64,000 bases of DNA, taken from contig CM060733.1 in NCBI GenBank assembly GCA_030704615.1, positions 4,154,001 to 4,218,000 on the forward strand, given 5' to 3'. This stretch comes from Takakia lepidozioides (lineage: Eukaryota > Plantae > Bryophyta). The notes under the pieces are model-generated. The model searched no databases and was not told the DNA's origin. It saw only the letters and a program-made list of their open reading frames with translations. The first letter of the stretch is position 1. Each line of letters opens with the position of its first letter. The position numbers were made by a program, and so were the translations under genes. Shown in pieces: positions 61,611-64,000 of the stretch.

Positions 61611-63200
61611 TCAAATTGAACCCGAACTATCTCGCTGCAGCAGTGTATGAACGTCACTGGGTCCTAATGTACATTGGTGAATGTACATGTCTCGTTTAGG
61701 ATCGCAAAACATCCTCTGAATGTAGATGTAGTAAAGATGCTTGCACGGGACAAATTTGTCTCTCTTACCAAGAGAGCTTGAGAGTGTGTTCTGAAAGTCC
61801 GGACAAATGCAACTAGGAAAATCTCCAATAGTAATCTCATAGGTCCTGTCATGAACATCTGATCTAGAGGTCGCCATGGTGTGCACCCGCCCATAGCCTG
61901 ACAAGGGGACATTCACAATTTGGGTGACACGACACTGCAGGGTTCTAGCAGACTTTATCTTGCACTCATTATTTGCACCATGACCCAAAAAACTTTCTTC
62001 ATGTTTGTTTATTACATGAACTTGTCCGGGTCTGTGGCTCCAGAGATACTTGTGCATCAGGTTGCCACTTCCATTGCCCCGCTACAACCTGCCTATGGCT
62101 CCCTGCTGGTTAAACCCAAAGAAATGGATGCCTTTGCTGCTAAGCACTTTGGTGATCTATTCAGGGGACGGGCCCCCTCGGAGCAAGACATACTCTCTCG
62201 TACTGAGACCCTTTTCCATTCCTTTTTGTGGACCAATCGTTGCCCTGTCAAGGACATGCAGGAAAGTTGGAAGGGAAAGCCATTGGAGAAACCGGCGTTA
62301 TGACAGTTTGGCCTCTCAGAAGGCGAAACCCGGCCTCCTCCAGCATGTTAATTTTCAGTTTGGAGAGTGTGGTTCCTAACTTCACTGGCCACACGGCTGG
62401 AATTTGAGGCTTCATTATCACAGAATCCCGAACAGTCCCCATGACACAGCGCACAATGTCATCCGGGCAGAACCAAAACTTGTGAGGCCTAGACTCCCGC
62501 GACATGTAATGCTTGAACAAGTTGGTGAATGTCAAGGCAGGAGTTCCGCATGTCCCCTTCAAAATCTGGGCAGTGCACTTCTGAAACGAAGGTGCCCTAA
62601 TAGCAACACACTTGACTTTTGATCCTTGGGAGTCCGTTCTATATGCCACATTGCCTCTGTACAGTCGGACTCCACTACCGGCAGCATGTTCTCCCCTTCT
62701 CCCCGGATTGTAGTGGTTGGAGACTCGAGAGGGAACGATGTTGAAGAAGATTCACCCACGAAAGTGGGGGGGCACATGCACACGAGGTACCGAGAAGTTG
62801 TCCCTATCGTGGAATTGAGCAGGCCATCAACGAAGCAACGGACTTATGCCGCAAAAACGTTGTCACAACGTTCACCAAACAGCTTCGTATAACTGATCCT
62901 AGTCTCGGTGCAGGATTCCTGGACCAGGTGCGGCTCCATTGGATTAGAAATGACACATGAGAAGTGGCATAGGCTTGCAATGGCAATGGTGGAACCAAAG
63001 CACAAGGTGTGATCGCTTAAGATCTAGAACTTTGACCCTGTCCTCTGTCAGGCAAACAACTTTCATTTCGTAGGGCCTTTTAGCAATGTCGCCTGGGACA
63101 AGTGGCTCCATAAAGCGACATTTTGGTGCCAGGTGCAGAAGTCATCTTGCCTTTGTCGTCGCAATAACTTGCATTGAAATTACAATTGTTTGTAAACGCA
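61611..63200 (-). mobile_element. Mutator-like transposase C, C-terminal remnant
   Basis: 'WHIERT', 'FWFCPDDIVRC', 'VWPVKLGT...LEEAGF' and SWIM 'CICPDF...VPCKHLY' are collinear with transposase B. The upstream boundary is uncertain. Confidence 0.75.
61988..62205 (+). mobile_element. Probable LINE ORF2 fragment inserted in transposase C
   Basis: The segment is absent from transposase B. The plus strand reads 'KTFF...LQPAYGSLLVKPKEMDAFAAKHFGDLF', resembling the endonuclease-RT linker of L1-like ORF2. Confidence 0.4.
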
Positions 63201-63512
63201 TCGGAACACAAGCTTGTGTCTTGGCAGCTGGAGGAGAGGGGTTTGGAAGTTATGGAGCAAACTCTTCATGACTTCAAAATCGAGGTAATTGAGCCCGATG
63301 AATCTTTCGGCACTTTCATTTGGAGGTGGAAAGAGATTGTTTGGAAGTATGCCTTCTTCCGTGAATTCGCAGTAGAGGGGGGAATTCTGCGCTCTAACCT
63401 ATTCAATGCGCAGTACAATGGGGAGCAGGCAATGAAGCGAGTCAATTACAGGTTAGATTGGAACTGCATTCCCATTTGCATTTGCTTCTTTTTAGACCCG
63501 ATTGCACTCTAT

Positions 63513-63636
63513 GTTCAGGCTTGCGTTAACGCATGTCTGATTACAGTATTTGATGTGGTAGTCCCCTTCCTACACTCTGTGCACTTGTGCAAATTCAAGA
63601 AAACCACAACACCCTGACCAAGAGTGTTTTTTTTAA

Positions 63637-63673
<37 letters not shown>

Positions 63674-63985
63674 TATTTATAATTAAATATTTTTTTTACG
63701 AAGGGGACTGGTTTCAGACCAGGGTTCAGGCTTGCGTTAACGCAAGCCTGACCAAGAGTGTGTTTTTTTTTTTTTTTTTTTTTCCCTTTTCTAATTTCTA
63801 TAATTTTTTAAAGGAAAGGGAACTGGTTTCAAACCAGGGTTCAGGCTTGTGTTAACGCAAGCCTGACGAAGAGTGTGTTTTTTTTTTTTTTTTTTTCCCC
63901 CCCTTCCGAAAGGGGACTGGTTTCAAACCAGAGTTCAGCTTGCGTTAACGCAAGCCTAACCAAGAGTGTTTTTTTTTTTTACCAA
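63513..63985. repeat. Tandem array of palindromic units separated by poly-T and (AAT)n
   Basis: Perfect 26-bp palindrome TCAGGCTTGCGTTAACGCAAGCCTGA at 63726-63751, with variants at ~63515, 63841 and 63934. The last three are preceded by CTGGTTTCA(G/A)ACCAG. Confidence 0.9.
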
Positions 63986-64000
63986 GACTTTAATTTTATG

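Overview
This is eukaryotic nuclear DNA from a seed-free land plant with flagellated sperm, most likely a moss or other bryophyte. The inference rests on spliced ciliary genes sitting beside a plant PLS-class PPR gene. The first 25 kb is gene-dense: an IQCE/lebercilin-like coiled-coil gene with an inverted partial paralog, CFAP36, an LCAT-like acyltransferase, mitochondrial bS6, alpha-tubulin acetyltransferase ATAT1 and a PLS-E PPR gene. From about 25.7 kb onward it is a nest of transposable elements: LINE 3' ends, a PIF1 helicase relic with two insertions, an LTR-retrotransposon gag, and three diverged Mutator-like transposases (GCM-like, DDE, SWIM), all on the minus strand. The main finding is that two of these elements carry a divergently transcribed, intron-containing cargo gene. 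It fuses a ParB/Srx-fold domain (WDGNHRL) to a prokaryotic-type beta-class N4/N6 DNA methyltransferase fold with a non-canonical motif IV. Arrays of palindromic motifs lie in or beside the cargo genes. Domain calls come from motif recognition by eye, and exon boundaries are manual predictions.
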